Shown one piece after another: positions 1 to 11,616 of a stretch of 32,000 nucleotides of DNA. The notes below the pieces were generated by a model. That model did not search any database. It was not told where the DNA came from and worked only from the letters and a program-made list of their open reading frames with translations. The DNA is from Synechococcus elongatus PCC 6301 (GTDB taxonomy: Bacteria; Cyanobacteriota; Cyanobacteriia; Synechococcales; Synechococcaceae), in NCBI RefSeq assembly GCF_000010065.1, contig NC_006576.1, positions 1,740,001-1,772,000 of the forward strand. Direction: 5' to 3'. Position 1 is the stretch's first letter. Every line of letters starts with the position of its first letter. The translations under genes and the position numbers were made by a program.

Positions 1-1
1 G

Positions 2-97
2 TTTACACCTGGCGGTGAAGTCAACCAAGAGCAGTTCTACGTGGCGCGGATTCGCATGAAGCCCGACGGTCAAGGCGACTTTGAGTTGTTGCCCTAA
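2..97 (+). CDS. 3' end of periplasmic substrate-binding protein of a Liv-type ABC transporter (partial)
   Basis: Frame 2 open from the window edge, translating ...FTPGGEVNQEQFYVARIRMKPDGQGDFELLP*. Its stop overlaps the livH ATG (TAATG), and it lies just upstream of the Liv permease genes. Confidence 0.6.
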   Translation, partial: FTPGGEVNQEQFYVARIRMKPDGQGDFELLP

Positions 98-1038
98 TGG
101 ATTGGTTGCAACCGCTGATCAATGGTCTGGCCATCGGGGGCGTCTATGCCCTGTTTGCCTTGGGGTATACCTTGGTCTTTTCGATCCTGGGGGTCATTAA
201 CTTTGCCCATGGTGCCGTTTTTACCCTCGGTGCCTACCTGACTTACGCTCTAGTGGGTGGGCGTTTCAGCTTCAACGGGTTGCTCGCCAATGCCGCGCTG
301 CCCTTCAGTTTGCCGTTCGCCTTGGCTCTGCTGCTCGGCAGTTTGCTGGCCGGCGGTGCCAGCCTCTTGATTGAGCAAGTGGCCTTTCGTCCCCTGCGCC
401 GCCGCCAAGCGGATCCCCTCCTAACCCTGATCTCCAGCCTTGGCGTGGCGGTGTTTATCGTCAATTTGATTCAAATCTTGGTGGGAGCCGAGATTTACAC
501 CTTCCCAAGCAACATCTACGGCGACCTACCCAGTGCCATCAACTTAGGCAGCAGCGATCGCCCGATCCAGATCCGCACGGTGCAAATCATCCTGTTTGTC
601 GTGGCGATCGCGATGTTCAGTCTGCTGACTTGGCTGATCAACGGCACCCGCGTTGGCCATGCCCTGAAAGCTGTTGCCGAAGATGCCACCACCGCTAGCC
701 TGCTGGGCATCGATCCCGATCGCTACATCCGGCTGACCTTCTTCCTGAGTGGCGTCCTTGGTGGTTTGGCGGGCACCTTGGTCGGTACCAGTGTCAGTAT
801 CACCGGCCCCTATTTCGGGATTGCCTACGGGCTGAAAGGCCTGAGTGTGATGGTCTTAGGTGGACTCGGCAATATTCCCGGCACGATTGCGGGCGGCTTG
901 TTGTTGGGTCTGGCGGAAGCTTGGGTGCCGCCACAATGGTCGGGCTATCGCGATGCCGTTGCCTTTGCGCTGCTATTTGCCATGCTCTTGATCCGTCCCC
1001 AGGGCTTGTTTAGTCGTGCTCGGACAGAGAAGGTGTAG
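97..1038 (+). CDS. livH: Branched-chain/neutral amino-acid ABC transporter permease, LivH family
   Basis: NGLAIGGVYALFALGYTLVFSILGVINFAHGAVFTLGAY is the LivH/BPD_transp_2 signature. Multi-TM protein in operon with LivM, LivG and LivF. Confidence 0.9.
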   Translation: MDWLQPLINGLAIGGVYALFALGYTLVFSILGVINFAHGAVFTLGAYLTYALVGGRFSFNGLLANAALPFSLPFALALLLGSLLAGGASLLIEQVAFRPLRRRQADPLLTLISSLGVAVFIVNLIQILVGAEIYTFPSNIYGDLPSAINLGSSDRPIQIRTVQIILFVVAIAMFSLLTWLINGTRVGHALKAVAEDATTASLLGIDPDRYIRLTFFLSGVLGGLAGTLVGTSVSITGPYFGIAYGLKGLSVMVLGGLGNIPGTIAGGLLLGLAEAWVPPQWSGYRDAVAFALLFAMLLIRPQGLFSRARTEKV

Positions 1039-1041
1039 AGC

Positions 1042-1965
1042 ATGGGCAATGTGGTCGCCACCTACGGGTTTCTGTTGGTTTCGATGCTGCTGGGCGCGAC
1101 GCTGGGTCTGTCAGTCTATCTGCCGCTGATGGCAGGACAACTATCCTTGGCATCGCCCGCTTTCTATGCTCTGGGCGGCTATCTGGCGGCCATCCTCTCG
1201 ACGAAAGGTCTGACTGCCAGCCCTGAATACAGTGTTGGGGCTTTGCTGCTAGAGATGGGTCTTGCAGCGATCGCGGCGGCGGTTCTCGCCTTTCTGGTCG
1301 GCTATCCGGTGCTGCGGCTGCGCGGCATTTATCTGGCAATCGCCACGATCGCGCTCGTGGAAATTGTGCGGGTTGTCGCACTGAATCTCTCGATCACGGG
1401 CGGTGCCGTCGGCATTTTTGGGATTCCCCAGCCCTTTAGCTCGGCGGTTGGCTACCTCTGGATTGCCTTGCCGCTGCTGCTGATCGCAGTTGCTGCCTGC
1501 TGGCGCCTGCAACAGGTGCGGACTGGCCTAGTGCTGGCCGCAATCCGTGAAGATGAACTCGCAGCCAGTGCGATCGCGGTCAACACAACCCGCTACAAGG
1601 TGCTGGCCTTTGTGCTGGGGGCGGTTCTGGCCAGCCTTGTCGGAGCGGTTAGCGCCCACTTCCTCAATACCTGGAACCCGCGCCAAGGCACCTTTGATGC
1701 CAGCATCACCTTTCTGGCCTTTGTGCTGATCGGCGGATCGCGCAGTGCCTTTGGCCCTGTGTTGGGCGGGATGGTGCTGACTGCCTTGCCAGAACTATTG
1801 CGGGCGATCGGTTCGGTGCCGGGCTTGTGGCCGGGACTGAGTCGCCTCTTGCAGGACGGTCGCCTGTTGATTTTTGGGCTGCTGCTGGTCTTGGGCAGCA
1901 TCTATTTCCCGCAGGGATTGATCAAGCCCCGCGCCAGCCAGCCACGCCGACGGAGGACCTCATGA
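1042..1965 (+). CDS. livM: Branched-chain/neutral amino-acid ABC transporter permease, LivM family
   Basis: YPVLRLRGIYLAIATIALVEIVRV and the C-terminal FVLIGGSRSAFGPVLGGMVLT are typical of LivM. It starts 3 nt after the livH stop. Confidence 0.9.
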   Translation: MGNVVATYGFLLVSMLLGATLGLSVYLPLMAGQLSLASPAFYALGGYLAAILSTKGLTASPEYSVGALLLEMGLAAIAAAVLAFLVGYPVLRLRGIYLAIATIALVEIVRVVALNLSITGGAVGIFGIPQPFSSAVGYLWIALPLLLIAVAACWRLQQVRTGLVLAAIREDELAASAIAVNTTRYKVLAFVLGAVLASLVGAVSAHFLNTWNPRQGTFDASITFLAFVLIGGSRSAFGPVLGGMVLTALPELLRAIGSVPGLWPGLSRLLQDGRLLIFGLLLVLGSIYFPQGLIKPRASQPRRRRTS

Positions 1966-2723
1966 GCCTCCTGCAGCTCGAGCAAGTGACGCGCCGCTTT
2001 GGTGGCCTTGTTGCGGTCAATCAAGTCTCCTTCAAGGTCGAAGTGGGTGAGATCTTTGGACTGATTGGCCCCAATGGTGCGGGCAAGACAACGCTCTTCA
2101 ACTTGATCACCGGCTTACAACCGTTAAGCGGCGGTGAGATTTGCTTTCAGGGCGATCGTCTCGATCGCCAGCGACCGGATCAGATCGCGCAGCGGGGCAT
2201 TGCCCGAACATTTCAGAACCTGAGGCTGTTCAATCAGCTATCAGTGTTCGAGAACGTGCTGGTGGCGCGTCATCGGCAAGCTCGTACTTCTCTGTGGGAT
2301 GAGCTGATCGGGTCGAGCCGAGCGACCCGTCAAAGTCGAGGCGATCGCCGCCGTGTGCAGGAATTGCTGGAGTTGCTCGAGCTGAGCGATCAAGCGGATC
2401 AGCCCGCTGCCAGTTTGGCCTATGGCGATCGCCGCCGTTTGGAAATTGCCCGTGCGCTAGCGCTAGAGCCGCAACTCTTGCTGTTGGATGAGCCTGCAGC
2501 TGGACTCAACCCTCGGGAAAAACAGGATTTAAGCGATCGCATTCGGGCGATTCGGGAGCAATTCCAGCTGACGGTGGTTTTGATTGAGCACCATGTGCCG
2601 CTGGTGATGGGTCTGTGCGATCGCATTGCGGTATTGGATTTTGGGCAATTGATTGCCCTTGGCGATCCGGCCACGGTTCGCCAGGATCCGGCTGTGATTG
2701 AGGCATACCTAGGCGATGAGTGA
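1962..2723 (+). CDS. livG: ABC transporter ATP-binding protein, LivG family
   Basis: Start corrected from the track (1827) to MSLLQLEQVTRRFGG at 1962, with GGAGG upstream and an ATGA overlap with livM. Walker A GPNGAGKTT; Walker B LLLLDEPAAGLNP. Confidence 0.9.
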   Translation: MSLLQLEQVTRRFGGLVAVNQVSFKVEVGEIFGLIGPNGAGKTTLFNLITGLQPLSGGEICFQGDRLDRQRPDQIAQRGIARTFQNLRLFNQLSVFENVLVARHRQARTSLWDELIGSSRATRQSRGDRRRVQELLELLELSDQADQPAASLAYGDRRRLEIARALALEPQLLLLDEPAAGLNPREKQDLSDRIRAIREQFQLTVVLIEHHVPLVMGLCDRIAVLDFGQLIALGDPATVRQDPAVIEAYLGDE

Positions 2724-3429
2724 GCCCCTGCTGCAACTGAGTCAGATCGCAGTGAACTATGGGGCTGTGGTCGCCCTGACTGACTTGACGCTCGAGATTT
2801 TTCCGGGCGAGATCGTGGCGCTAATCGGGGCGAATGGCGCCGGCAAAAGCACGACCCTACGGGCAATTTCTCGCCTTGTGCCGCTTCAACAAGGCCGGAT
2901 CTACTACGACCAGCAGGATCTGGGTTTGATCCCAGCGCCGCAACTGGTGGGACGAGGACTAGCGCATTGTCCTGAGGGTCGCCGTGTCTTGGCTCGTCAG
3001 AGTGTGCGGATCAATCTGGAACTTGGAGCTTACTGTCGGCGCGATCGCATTGGAATTCAAACGGATCTAGAGCTGCAATTCGATCGCTTTCCGCGCCTGC
3101 GGGAACGACAGAATCAACCGGCTGGTACCCTCAGTGGCGGCGAGCAACAGATGCTGGCGATCGCCCGAGCGTTGATGAGTCGTCCTCGCTTGCTGCTGTT
3201 AGATGAACCGAGCTTGGGCCTAGCTCCTCAGATCGTCCAAGAGATTTTTAGCGTCATCCGCAGCTTGCGTGAGCAAGGTATGACGATTCTCTTGGTTGAG
3301 CAGAATGCTACTTTGGCGCTCCAGACTGCCGATCGCGGCTACGTTCTGGAGGCAGGACAACTGCTCTTCTCAGGGCCAGCAGCGGATCTGCTGATTGATC
3401 CCCGCGTCAAGCAAGCCTATCTGGGCTAG
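2716..3429 (+). CDS. livF: ABC transporter ATP-binding protein, LivF family
   Basis: Walker A GANGAGKST, signature LSGGEQQM, Walker B LLLLDEPSLGLAP. Overlaps the livG 3' end. Confidence 0.9.
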   Translation: MSEPLLQLSQIAVNYGAVVALTDLTLEIFPGEIVALIGANGAGKSTTLRAISRLVPLQQGRIYYDQQDLGLIPAPQLVGRGLAHCPEGRRVLARQSVRINLELGAYCRRDRIGIQTDLELQFDRFPRLRERQNQPAGTLSGGEQQMLAIARALMSRPRLLLLDEPSLGLAPQIVQEIFSVIRSLREQGMTILLVEQNATLALQTADRGYVLEAGQLLFSGPAADLLIDPRVKQAYLG

Positions 3430-3595
3430 GAGCAGCCGGCGCTCCAACGAGTTGGCTGTATTGCATTTAGCAAGAAAATCAGGACTTTTGTGTCTAAGCT
3501 GCCTAGTCTCCAACCCGTGGTCACCACCGGCAAGTTTTACCCGCCGCGATCGCGATCCAGCCGATCAGTCGCACCCGAAATCTTGTTGCGGGGGG

Positions 3596-3617
3596 CTGGG
3601 GGAGTCGAGTCCCCCAG
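3596..3617. terminator. Stem-loop, 8-bp perfect stem (CTGGGGGA/TCCCCCAG), 6-nt loop; possible bidirectional termination element
   Basis: Read directly as ctggggga-gtcgag-tcccccag, between the convergent livF and gyrB genes. No clear U-tract. Confidence 0.45.
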
Positions 3618-3626
3618 TGCGTGGGT

Positions 3627-3650
3627 GTGGGGGTGCGCAATCACCCCCAC
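3627..3650. terminator. Second stem-loop, 9-bp perfect stem (GTGGGGGTG/CACCCCCAC), 6-nt loop
   Basis: Read directly as gtgggggtg-cgcaat-cacccccac, 9 nt downstream of the first stem-loop. No clear U-tract. Confidence 0.45.
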
Positions 3651-3834
3651 GGACAGAGGCTGTTGAATCCAAACCAACCAACTCAAAAATCGTCCTAACC
3701 TTCCTGCAGAATGCTATGGGCACCAACAAACGCCGCATTGACCGGCACTAGGATGCCTTAGCCGACTGCTGTTTGCTGAAGACTCGTTATGGCGGCAGAG
3801 CAAGACTGATGAGGAATTGCGACGGGCTGGGACT

Positions 3835-5832
<1,998 letters not shown>

Positions 5833-5893
5833 TCAAAATACTAGCACAAAAGCCTTAAAGCCGCTTCTGGATGGCTCTCAAGGCGCGATCGCA

Positions 5894-6820
5894 GTGGAGA
5901 TGGAATCGCGTTTGAAACCAGGTTTGATTGTCCTCTGTGGGCCAACGGCGGCAGGAAAATCGAGTTTGGCGATCGCGATCGCCCAGCGTTTGGGCAGCCC
6001 AATTTTGAGTGCTGATTCGCGGCTGGTTTATCGCGACTTTAATATTGGCACCGCCAAGCCCACCCCTGCCGAGCAGCAGCAGGTGCCCCACTATTTAATG
6101 GATCTCTGTGATCCCCGCCAAGTTTTTACCGTTGGGGATTATCAAGATTGTGCAGTGCCACTGATTCAGCAACTCCAGGAAAAAGGAATGCTGCCCTTGT
6201 TGGTAGGGGGTACAGGTCTCTACATCAAAGCGATCGTCAACGGTTTACGCTTTCCCCGCATTGCACCGCAGCCTAAGCTGCGATCGCAACTTCAAGCGTT
6301 AGGTCAGCCACTCTGTCATGCCCTATTACAGCGGGTTGATCCGGTGGCTGGCGACCGAATTCATGTCAATGATCGCGTTCGGACCTTGCGAGCCTTAGAA
6401 GTCTTCTATGTCAGTGGCGATCGCCTGACGGATCTGCAGCAGGAGCAACCGCCGAGCTATCCAATTCTGCAGATTGGCTTGGATAGCGATCGCTTAGAAG
6501 CCAGGATTCAGCAGCGCACCCAGCAGATGTTAACGTCGGGCTTCGTTGAGGAAGTGCAAGGATTGTGCGATCGCTACGGTAGCGATCTGCCGCTGCTCAA
6601 TACCCTGGGCTATCGCCAGGTTTGTGCTTTTCTACAGGGAAGTTTGAGTCGGTCAGAGTTGCCAGAGCAAATCGTCCTGCAGACGCGCCAGTATGCCAAA
6701 CAGCAGCGCACTTGGTTCCGGGCCGATTCATCGATTCAGTGGATTGATGCCGAAGCCGGCAATCGCCTGGAGCGGGCGCTAGACCTGATTGAGCGCTTCC
6801 GAAAGAGTGAGGGCGTTTGA
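5894..6820 (+). CDS. miaA: tRNA dimethylallyltransferase
   Basis: GPTAAGKSSLAIAIA P-loop, DSRLVYRDFNIGTAKPT, LVGGTGLYIKAIVNG and LNTLGYRQ. Confidence 0.95.
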   Translation: MEMESRLKPGLIVLCGPTAAGKSSLAIAIAQRLGSPILSADSRLVYRDFNIGTAKPTPAEQQQVPHYLMDLCDPRQVFTVGDYQDCAVPLIQQLQEKGMLPLLVGGTGLYIKAIVNGLRFPRIAPQPKLRSQLQALGQPLCHALLQRVDPVAGDRIHVNDRVRTLRALEVFYVSGDRLTDLQQEQPPSYPILQIGLDSDRLEARIQQRTQQMLTSGFVEEVQGLCDRYGSDLPLLNTLGYRQVCAFLQGSLSRSELPEQIVLQTRQYAKQQRTWFRADSSIQWIDAEAGNRLERALDLIERFRKSEGV

Positions 6821-6914
6821 GCTAAGCTTCAGTCCCTACATCAAGCTCGGGGTCGAAGAGTGCTGAGAGCATAAGCACAAGCTTCGAGAAACGTGGCAAG
6901 GGGGAAACAGCTGC

Positions 6915-7190
6915 TCAGCGACCGTATTTGTAGCCAGCCGCGAGAGCCTCCTCGAAGCACGACTTCAGGCTAGGACTCTCATCCAAGAGCTGTCCAACCA
7001 CCAAGTGTGGATTTGCGATTGTAATCCGCTCATTGCGACTGCGACGATCGGACTGATATTGCCATTTCAGATGGTGCAGGCCGAGCTGCTGGAAAGCAGA
7101 CCCTAAAGCGCAGTACTCGCTTGTGCCCCAGTCTTCGATCTCCACAATCACAGTGGCCCAAGCTACCTGCTCGTAGCGGCACAGCCGCAA
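6915..7190 (-). CDS. Hypothetical protein, 91 aa
   Basis: Open reading frame with balanced composition (MRLCRYEQVAWATVIVEIEDWGTSEYCALGSAF...). No family recognised. Confidence 0.5.
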   Translation of the reverse strand: MRLCRYEQVAWATVIVEIEDWGTSEYCALGSAFQQLGLHHLKWQYQSDRRSRNERITIANPHLVVGQLLDESPSLKSCFEEALAAGYKYGR

Positions 7191-7272
7191 CAGTTAGGCT
7201 GCAGAGCAAGCTGAACTGCGAAGATCTTGATCGCAGCAATTGAGAGGCAGGGGATTTTGCAGTGCCAAGAAC

Positions 7273-7881
7273 CTACGGCTGGCGGGGTTTGAGTCGTGAG
7301 GGCTTGCTTGGTGCTGGCTGAGAAGCTGGCGTCTGCAGCTCTGAGACTTTGCAGTCCTTCTTCAGGAATAAGTCAGTCAAATGTTCGCGGCGGGCGGTCG
7401 CCGTCCCTAGTTCACCGCCAAGCTTCATCAACTCTCCTTGGCTGGTCTCGAGTTCAGCTATTTGGGCTTCCAAAGCACTGAATTCGGCGGCTTGGGCTGC
7501 AGAGCTGGCAAGGCTGCCGACAGTACTAGTAATCAGGCCCGCACCTGGAATCAAACCTGCGAGGCCACTAAGCGTACTGATGGCGCTGGATGCCCCCCCA
7601 ATACCACCAGCAGAGGAAGTCATGGCGCGGCTCGTGCGACTGACTTTGTCCATCAGAGCTTCGTACTGGGTTTGGCGATCGCGGATCGTTGTTTCCAGAT
7701 CCTGCACTTCGGTGTAGAGCTGGGCACAGGTCAGCTCGCCATCGCCGAGTTTTTTGACTGGGCCGGTGGGAAATACCCCTTCGGAATCGAGCAGAGGGTC
7801 AAAAGTTTGAGCAAAGGCAGCACCGATACTCGAACTCAAGAGCATGGGGACGAGCAAAAGCTGACTCAGGAGCCAACGCAT
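7273..7881 (-). CDS. Hypothetical secreted protein, 202 aa, with coiled-coil-like segments flanking a Gly/Ala/Ser-rich hydrophobic region
   Basis: Signal peptide-like N-terminus MRWLLSQLLLVPMLLSSSIGAAFAQT. Heptad-like segments surround SSAGGIGGASSAISTLSGLAGLIPGAGLITSTVGSLASS. Confidence 0.7.
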   Translation of the reverse strand: MRWLLSQLLLVPMLLSSSIGAAFAQTFDPLLDSEGVFPTGPVKKLGDGELTCAQLYTEVQDLETTIRDRQTQYEALMDKVSRTSRAMTSSAGGIGGASSAISTLSGLAGLIPGAGLITSTVGSLASSAAQAAEFSALEAQIAELETSQGELMKLGGELGTATARREHLTDLFLKKDCKVSELQTPASQPAPSKPSRLKPRQP

Positions 7882-7952
7882 AGTGGTGTCTCTCGGAAAG
7901 GTTAGGACTGCTGGAGACTGGGGCGATCGCTGCCTTCGCAGTGAACCCCAAG

Positions 7953-8171
7953 TTATGCAGCGGATTGCAGTTGATCGAGTCGCAACCAGACATTGGGCGT
8001 TGGGCGCGAGAAGCGAACAAGGGCATAGTCGCCTTTGATATCCAAGATCTCGCCGTTGGTTTCGAGCACATAGCTGGGAATGCGACCGTCACTGGCCAAC
8101 AGTTCGACGCTGCCTTGAAGTTGCTCGGCGATCGCACGAACCAAAGATCCTTTCTTGAGGGCTGCAGCCAT
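7953..8171 (-). CDS. ndhO: NAD(P)H-quinone oxidoreductase subunit O
   Basis: 72 aa: [63 protein letters not shown] matches the cyanobacterial NdhO pattern. Confidence 0.9.
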   Translation of the reverse strand: MAAALKKGSLVRAIAEQLQGSVELLASDGRIPSYVLETNGEILDIKGDYALVRFSRPTPNVWLRLDQLQSAA

Positions 8172-8478
8172 GGGGCTTATCCGAGGAGCAATACGCCCCT
8201 CATTGTAGGCAGAGTTGGCGATCGCAACAGTTCAGGGACCTGATCAGAGATTGATGAAAATCATAAATTTAGGAATGATGACCTGACAGAACAGCCTTAG
8301 TTCTTATTTATTTAATAATCCTGAAGACTGGCAGCAAAGCTTCATTGAGACTTGACCTAGCGCTTTGGTAAACGCCGTGTTTGAACAAGGTTTGTATCCC
8401 GTGTAGCTAGTTACGGATCAGGTTGACTAAAGTCCGGCAGAATAGAATTAGATTTAAGAGAAGAGGGCCAGACGGTCT

Positions 8479-10059
8479 ATGGCTCGACGATGGGTCCACA
8501 AAAAACGCAACAGCAGCGATCGCGGCTATATCCTAGGCATCGTAATTGTCCTTGCCTTAGTTCTAGGGGTTAGTGTCGCTGCCCTAGCGCTCCGGAGTGC
8601 TGGTGAAAAAGCTGGGTCGAGCCAGCGGAATAGTGTTGATCTGAGCCTTTCAGCAGCAGAAATCGGTCAAGACCGCCTCTTTGCTAATCTCAATGGAGTT
8701 TTTGGACCTTATGCCTCAGCGGCGTTCCCTGATACAACGACAGGAGTTGCAACGACCGCAACTCGTTCTTGGGCACAACTCAGAACAGTTCTGACTTCGG
8801 GAGGGACAGCTAACGCTAATCCCTGCTCAACTCCAACTCCAGACTTTAATATCCTCACGACAGTTGGAACGAGTACTTTAGGAAATAGTGGTCAGCTGAG
8901 TTGGCAGTTGGTTAGCTATAAGCCTCAGGCTAACAATACAGCCCGGGTCGTCATGCGGGGTTTCCAAGGTACAAGTAGCTCAAACATACGAACAGAAGTT
9001 GAGCGAACCTACGCCACACGTCGAGTAACAGCCTTTAATACTGCTTCTACGTTTCCTGCACTGCTGACGGGCAGTGTGACACTAGGGAACAACGATGTAA
9101 TTTCTGTCGTAGATCCAAATACAGGACAATCTGTTTGTAACGCTAATGTTTACTGTCTAACTTGTACCGGTATTAATAATTTTGGCCAGAACCCTCAAAG
9201 TGTTGTTGATGGTGACTTGGTTTATCGTGCAACAACACCCGACGCCGATGGGAACTCTCTACTAAGTAATGGCATTGACTGGAATCAGAATACTAATTTT
9301 CCAGCTCCTAAGGTATGGCCAGGTTATCCAACAATCCCTATTCCTTTTTCTGCAGTAACTAACTTGCAAATTGCAGCTCTTTTTGCGGCACCTTCTTCTA
9401 CTCTAAATCCTGGGTTCTACAATGACTTAGGGGGTAGGCTAAGCCCAAGTAACCCGCTAGATTTACGGCTGAATCCAGATATCACAGGAAGTATCACTCT
9501 TCCGCGCTCAACTGATGTTATTGGAGCAAATGGAGCCTACAACTATTTAGTCCGGGATGTAACAACCAACGGTAATGAGTTTATTCGCGTCAATACGCCT
9601 GGCTGCGAAGGTGTAACCCCCGTCCCAACTTCAACCTGTAAGCCAGTTTATCTATATGTCGTGGGTGACGTGAATGCTGATTTCTTGCATACAAACTCGC
9701 CCACTGGGACTACAACGGTTAATGAGCCGGAAGACTTTGTGATTTTTGGTCGGCCTGGTGACTACACTGCCTCTGGCATTGATCAGACCATTACTATCAA
9801 TGGTGGCTCGCGAGTAACCAGTGCTTTAGTGGTCGCTCCCCGCGCACGAGTAGGCGTCAACGGGGGGTCTAACAACCCAGACTTTTACGGTGCTGTCTGG
9901 TCAAAGGAATGGAATGGCTCTAGTAGTAATAACGTTGAGATTGTTGTTCCCCTCGACATTGCTGAGAGAGCAAGAGAATTCTACAATTCACCCCGTCCAA
10001 CGGTCCTTCGCCTGAACTTCCTAGATATTTGGAGAGCAGGGGGTACGTTTAATCCATGA
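8479..10059 (+). CDS. Large type IV pilin-like/GspK-PilX-like protein, cassette copy 1
   Basis: N-terminal DRG|YILGIVIVLALVLGVSVAALALRSAGEKAGSSQ resembles a prepilin but lacks Glu5. Large Ser/Thr/Asn/Gly-rich passenger. Paralogous to 11617..13104. Confidence 0.75.
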   Translation: MARRWVHKKRNSSDRGYILGIVIVLALVLGVSVAALALRSAGEKAGSSQRNSVDLSLSAAEIGQDRLFANLNGVFGPYASAAFPDTTTGVATTATRSWAQLRTVLTSGGTANANPCSTPTPDFNILTTVGTSTLGNSGQLSWQLVSYKPQANNTARVVMRGFQGTSSSNIRTEVERTYATRRVTAFNTASTFPALLTGSVTLGNNDVISVVDPNTGQSVCNANVYCLTCTGINNFGQNPQSVVDGDLVYRATTPDADGNSLLSNGIDWNQNTNFPAPKVWPGYPTIPIPFSAVTNLQIAALFAAPSSTLNPGFYNDLGGRLSPSNPLDLRLNPDITGSITLPRSTDVIGANGAYNYLVRDVTTNGNEFIRVNTPGCEGVTPVPTSTCKPVYLYVVGDVNADFLHTNSPTGTTTVNEPEDFVIFGRPGDYTASGIDQTITINGGSRVTSALVVAPRARVGVNGGSNNPDFYGAVWSKEWNGSSSNNVEIVVPLDIAERAREFYNSPRPTVLRLNFLDIWRAGGTFNP

Positions 10060-10649
10060 AGAGAATTCATAAACGATCGCGCCGGTCGCAGTTAGGCTTC
10101 TCACTGGTCGAGATCCTAGTCGCTGCTATTCTGACTGTCCTCTTAGCTCAAGCAACTGCGGCTGCTTTAAGAATTTCAGTCCAAACTCAAAATCGGGCCA
10201 GCACTGAAAACTCTTTTGAAAATGCCATTGTTGCTGATTTAGAGCAAGTTAGAGCTATCAATCGAAATCTTTGCCGTAATCCTAACTTTGATCGCACTGC
10301 AACAACTTCTCCTAACAACCTGAGCTATGGTCCTTTTGGTGACTGTGCTGGAACTATCTTTCAGGAAAGATGCCGGGCAACGGGCACCACACCCGGATTT
10401 GGTAATCTTCTCCAAGCGCAAGTCCCTAATTTTACGAGCCAGACTGTGATTGTGAATGGACAGACTTGGACTATATCTCGACAAACTCTTGTTCCCGATC
10501 GTCCTCTCAACTCAGGAGATGCCGGCTATGCAGAATCGAGTCAGTCAGTATTGAAGGTTAGATATGACTTGACTAGAGGAAGTACAACAATTGCACCGGC
10601 TTTTGTCACCGAGTTTGTTCCTGATGCAGTAGGCTCGTGTCAAGGATAA
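10056..10649 (+). CDS. Prepilin-type N-terminal cleavage/methylation protein (PilV/GspI-like minor pilin), cassette copy 1
   Basis: SQLG|FSLVEILVAAILTVLLAQATAAAL is a canonical type IV prepilin motif with Glu5. ATGA overlap with the upstream gene. Confidence 0.85.
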   Translation: MKRIHKRSRRSQLGFSLVEILVAAILTVLLAQATAAALRISVQTQNRASTENSFENAIVADLEQVRAINRNLCRNPNFDRTATTSPNNLSYGPFGDCAGTIFQERCRATGTTPGFGNLLQAQVPNFTSQTVIVNGQTWTISRQTLVPDRPLNSGDAGYAESSQSVLKVRYDLTRGSTTIAPAFVTEFVPDAVGSCQG

Positions 10650-10794
10650 GTTAATTAACCCTAGTATTAAACTTTCTACTAGATTAAAGGTTTGCCCTTT
10701 CTAGCATGTCCATAGCATTCGTTTAATTCATTCTTTCATCCTGAAACTCAGTAGTCAGTATGACTCGTAGCCTAGCAACAGGAGAACTATCGAG

Positions 10795-11487
10795 ATGAGT
10801 ACGCAACGCCTCTTTTGGCGATGGTTTTTACAGCGTCATGGTGAAGCTGGTATCACTCTAGTCGAGGTTCTAGTTGCGGGTATTATTGGCGTGTTGGTTG
10901 TTTTGGCGGGCGGTTATGCGTTAGTGACCAACCTCCGAGTCGATCGCGAACTGTCATCAGCCGCAATTCAACGCAATCTTCAAACGAGAGCTTTGGAGTA
11001 CATCAGTAGTGAAGTCCGTCAAGCCAACTTAATCTACGCGCCGAATAACACACCGAACCTGTGCAGTAGCTATACGAGAGTCTTGGGGCTGCAAACAACG
11101 GTGAATGGTAGCAATCGCAATATTGTTTATGCGGTTGGCAATGCCAACAACCCATGGCGGGGCGATCGCGTGCTATATCGCTGTGGCCCGCCAATCGATA
11201 CCTCCACTGGACGTTACAGCTCAGGTAGCGACGTTGAAGAAGTGATTTTGGATGGCTTGAGCAGCGCTACCCTGGTGGCTAATAGCAATGGATGTGGTGC
11301 TGTCCCGACGGCCTACGCTGTTAGCAGCAGCAATACAGCAGGCCTGCGTGCTTTTTTCCGTACTGCCAGTAACGTCGTGAACACTAATTCCGCACAAATT
11401 CTGCTGGGGATGCAAATTGATCGAGGTATTCAAGGAAATGCAACGAGTTGTGCAAGCATTGTTGCTTCCAATCGTTCGACCCCTTGA
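10795..11487 (+). CDS. Prepilin-type protein (PilW/GspJ-like minor pilin), cassette copy 1
   Basis: GEAG|ITLVEVLVAGIIGVLVVLAGGYALVTNLRVDRELSSAAIQRNLQTRALEYISSEVRQANLIYAPN. Confidence 0.85.
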   Translation: MSTQRLFWRWFLQRHGEAGITLVEVLVAGIIGVLVVLAGGYALVTNLRVDRELSSAAIQRNLQTRALEYISSEVRQANLIYAPNNTPNLCSSYTRVLGLQTTVNGSNRNIVYAVGNANNPWRGDRVLYRCGPPIDTSTGRYSSGSDVEEVILDGLSSATLVANSNGCGAVPTAYAVSSSNTAGLRAFFRTASNVVNTNSAQILLGMQIDRGIQGNATSCASIVASNRSTP

Positions 11488-11616
11488 TAAATGAGTAATG
11501 CTAAGTATTTAGCGATTTTTGATCGCCTAGAGAATCTAGTGAACTGTACTTGTCTACCGCTAGCAGCAAAAATTCACTAAGATTTGGGTATATTCGTCTC
11601 TGGTGCTTAGGCTGCA

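Noticed and set aside
3395-3751. 118-aa + strand ORF after livF
   Set aside because: It overlaps the livF 3' end and runs through the stem-loops and a G/C-rich intergenic region with unnatural composition.
10661-10682. CTAGTA...TACTAG inverted repeat between the B1 and C1 pilin-like genes
   Set aside because: It has only a 6-bp AT-rich stem with a 10-nt loop, so chance occurrence is likely in an AT-rich spacer.
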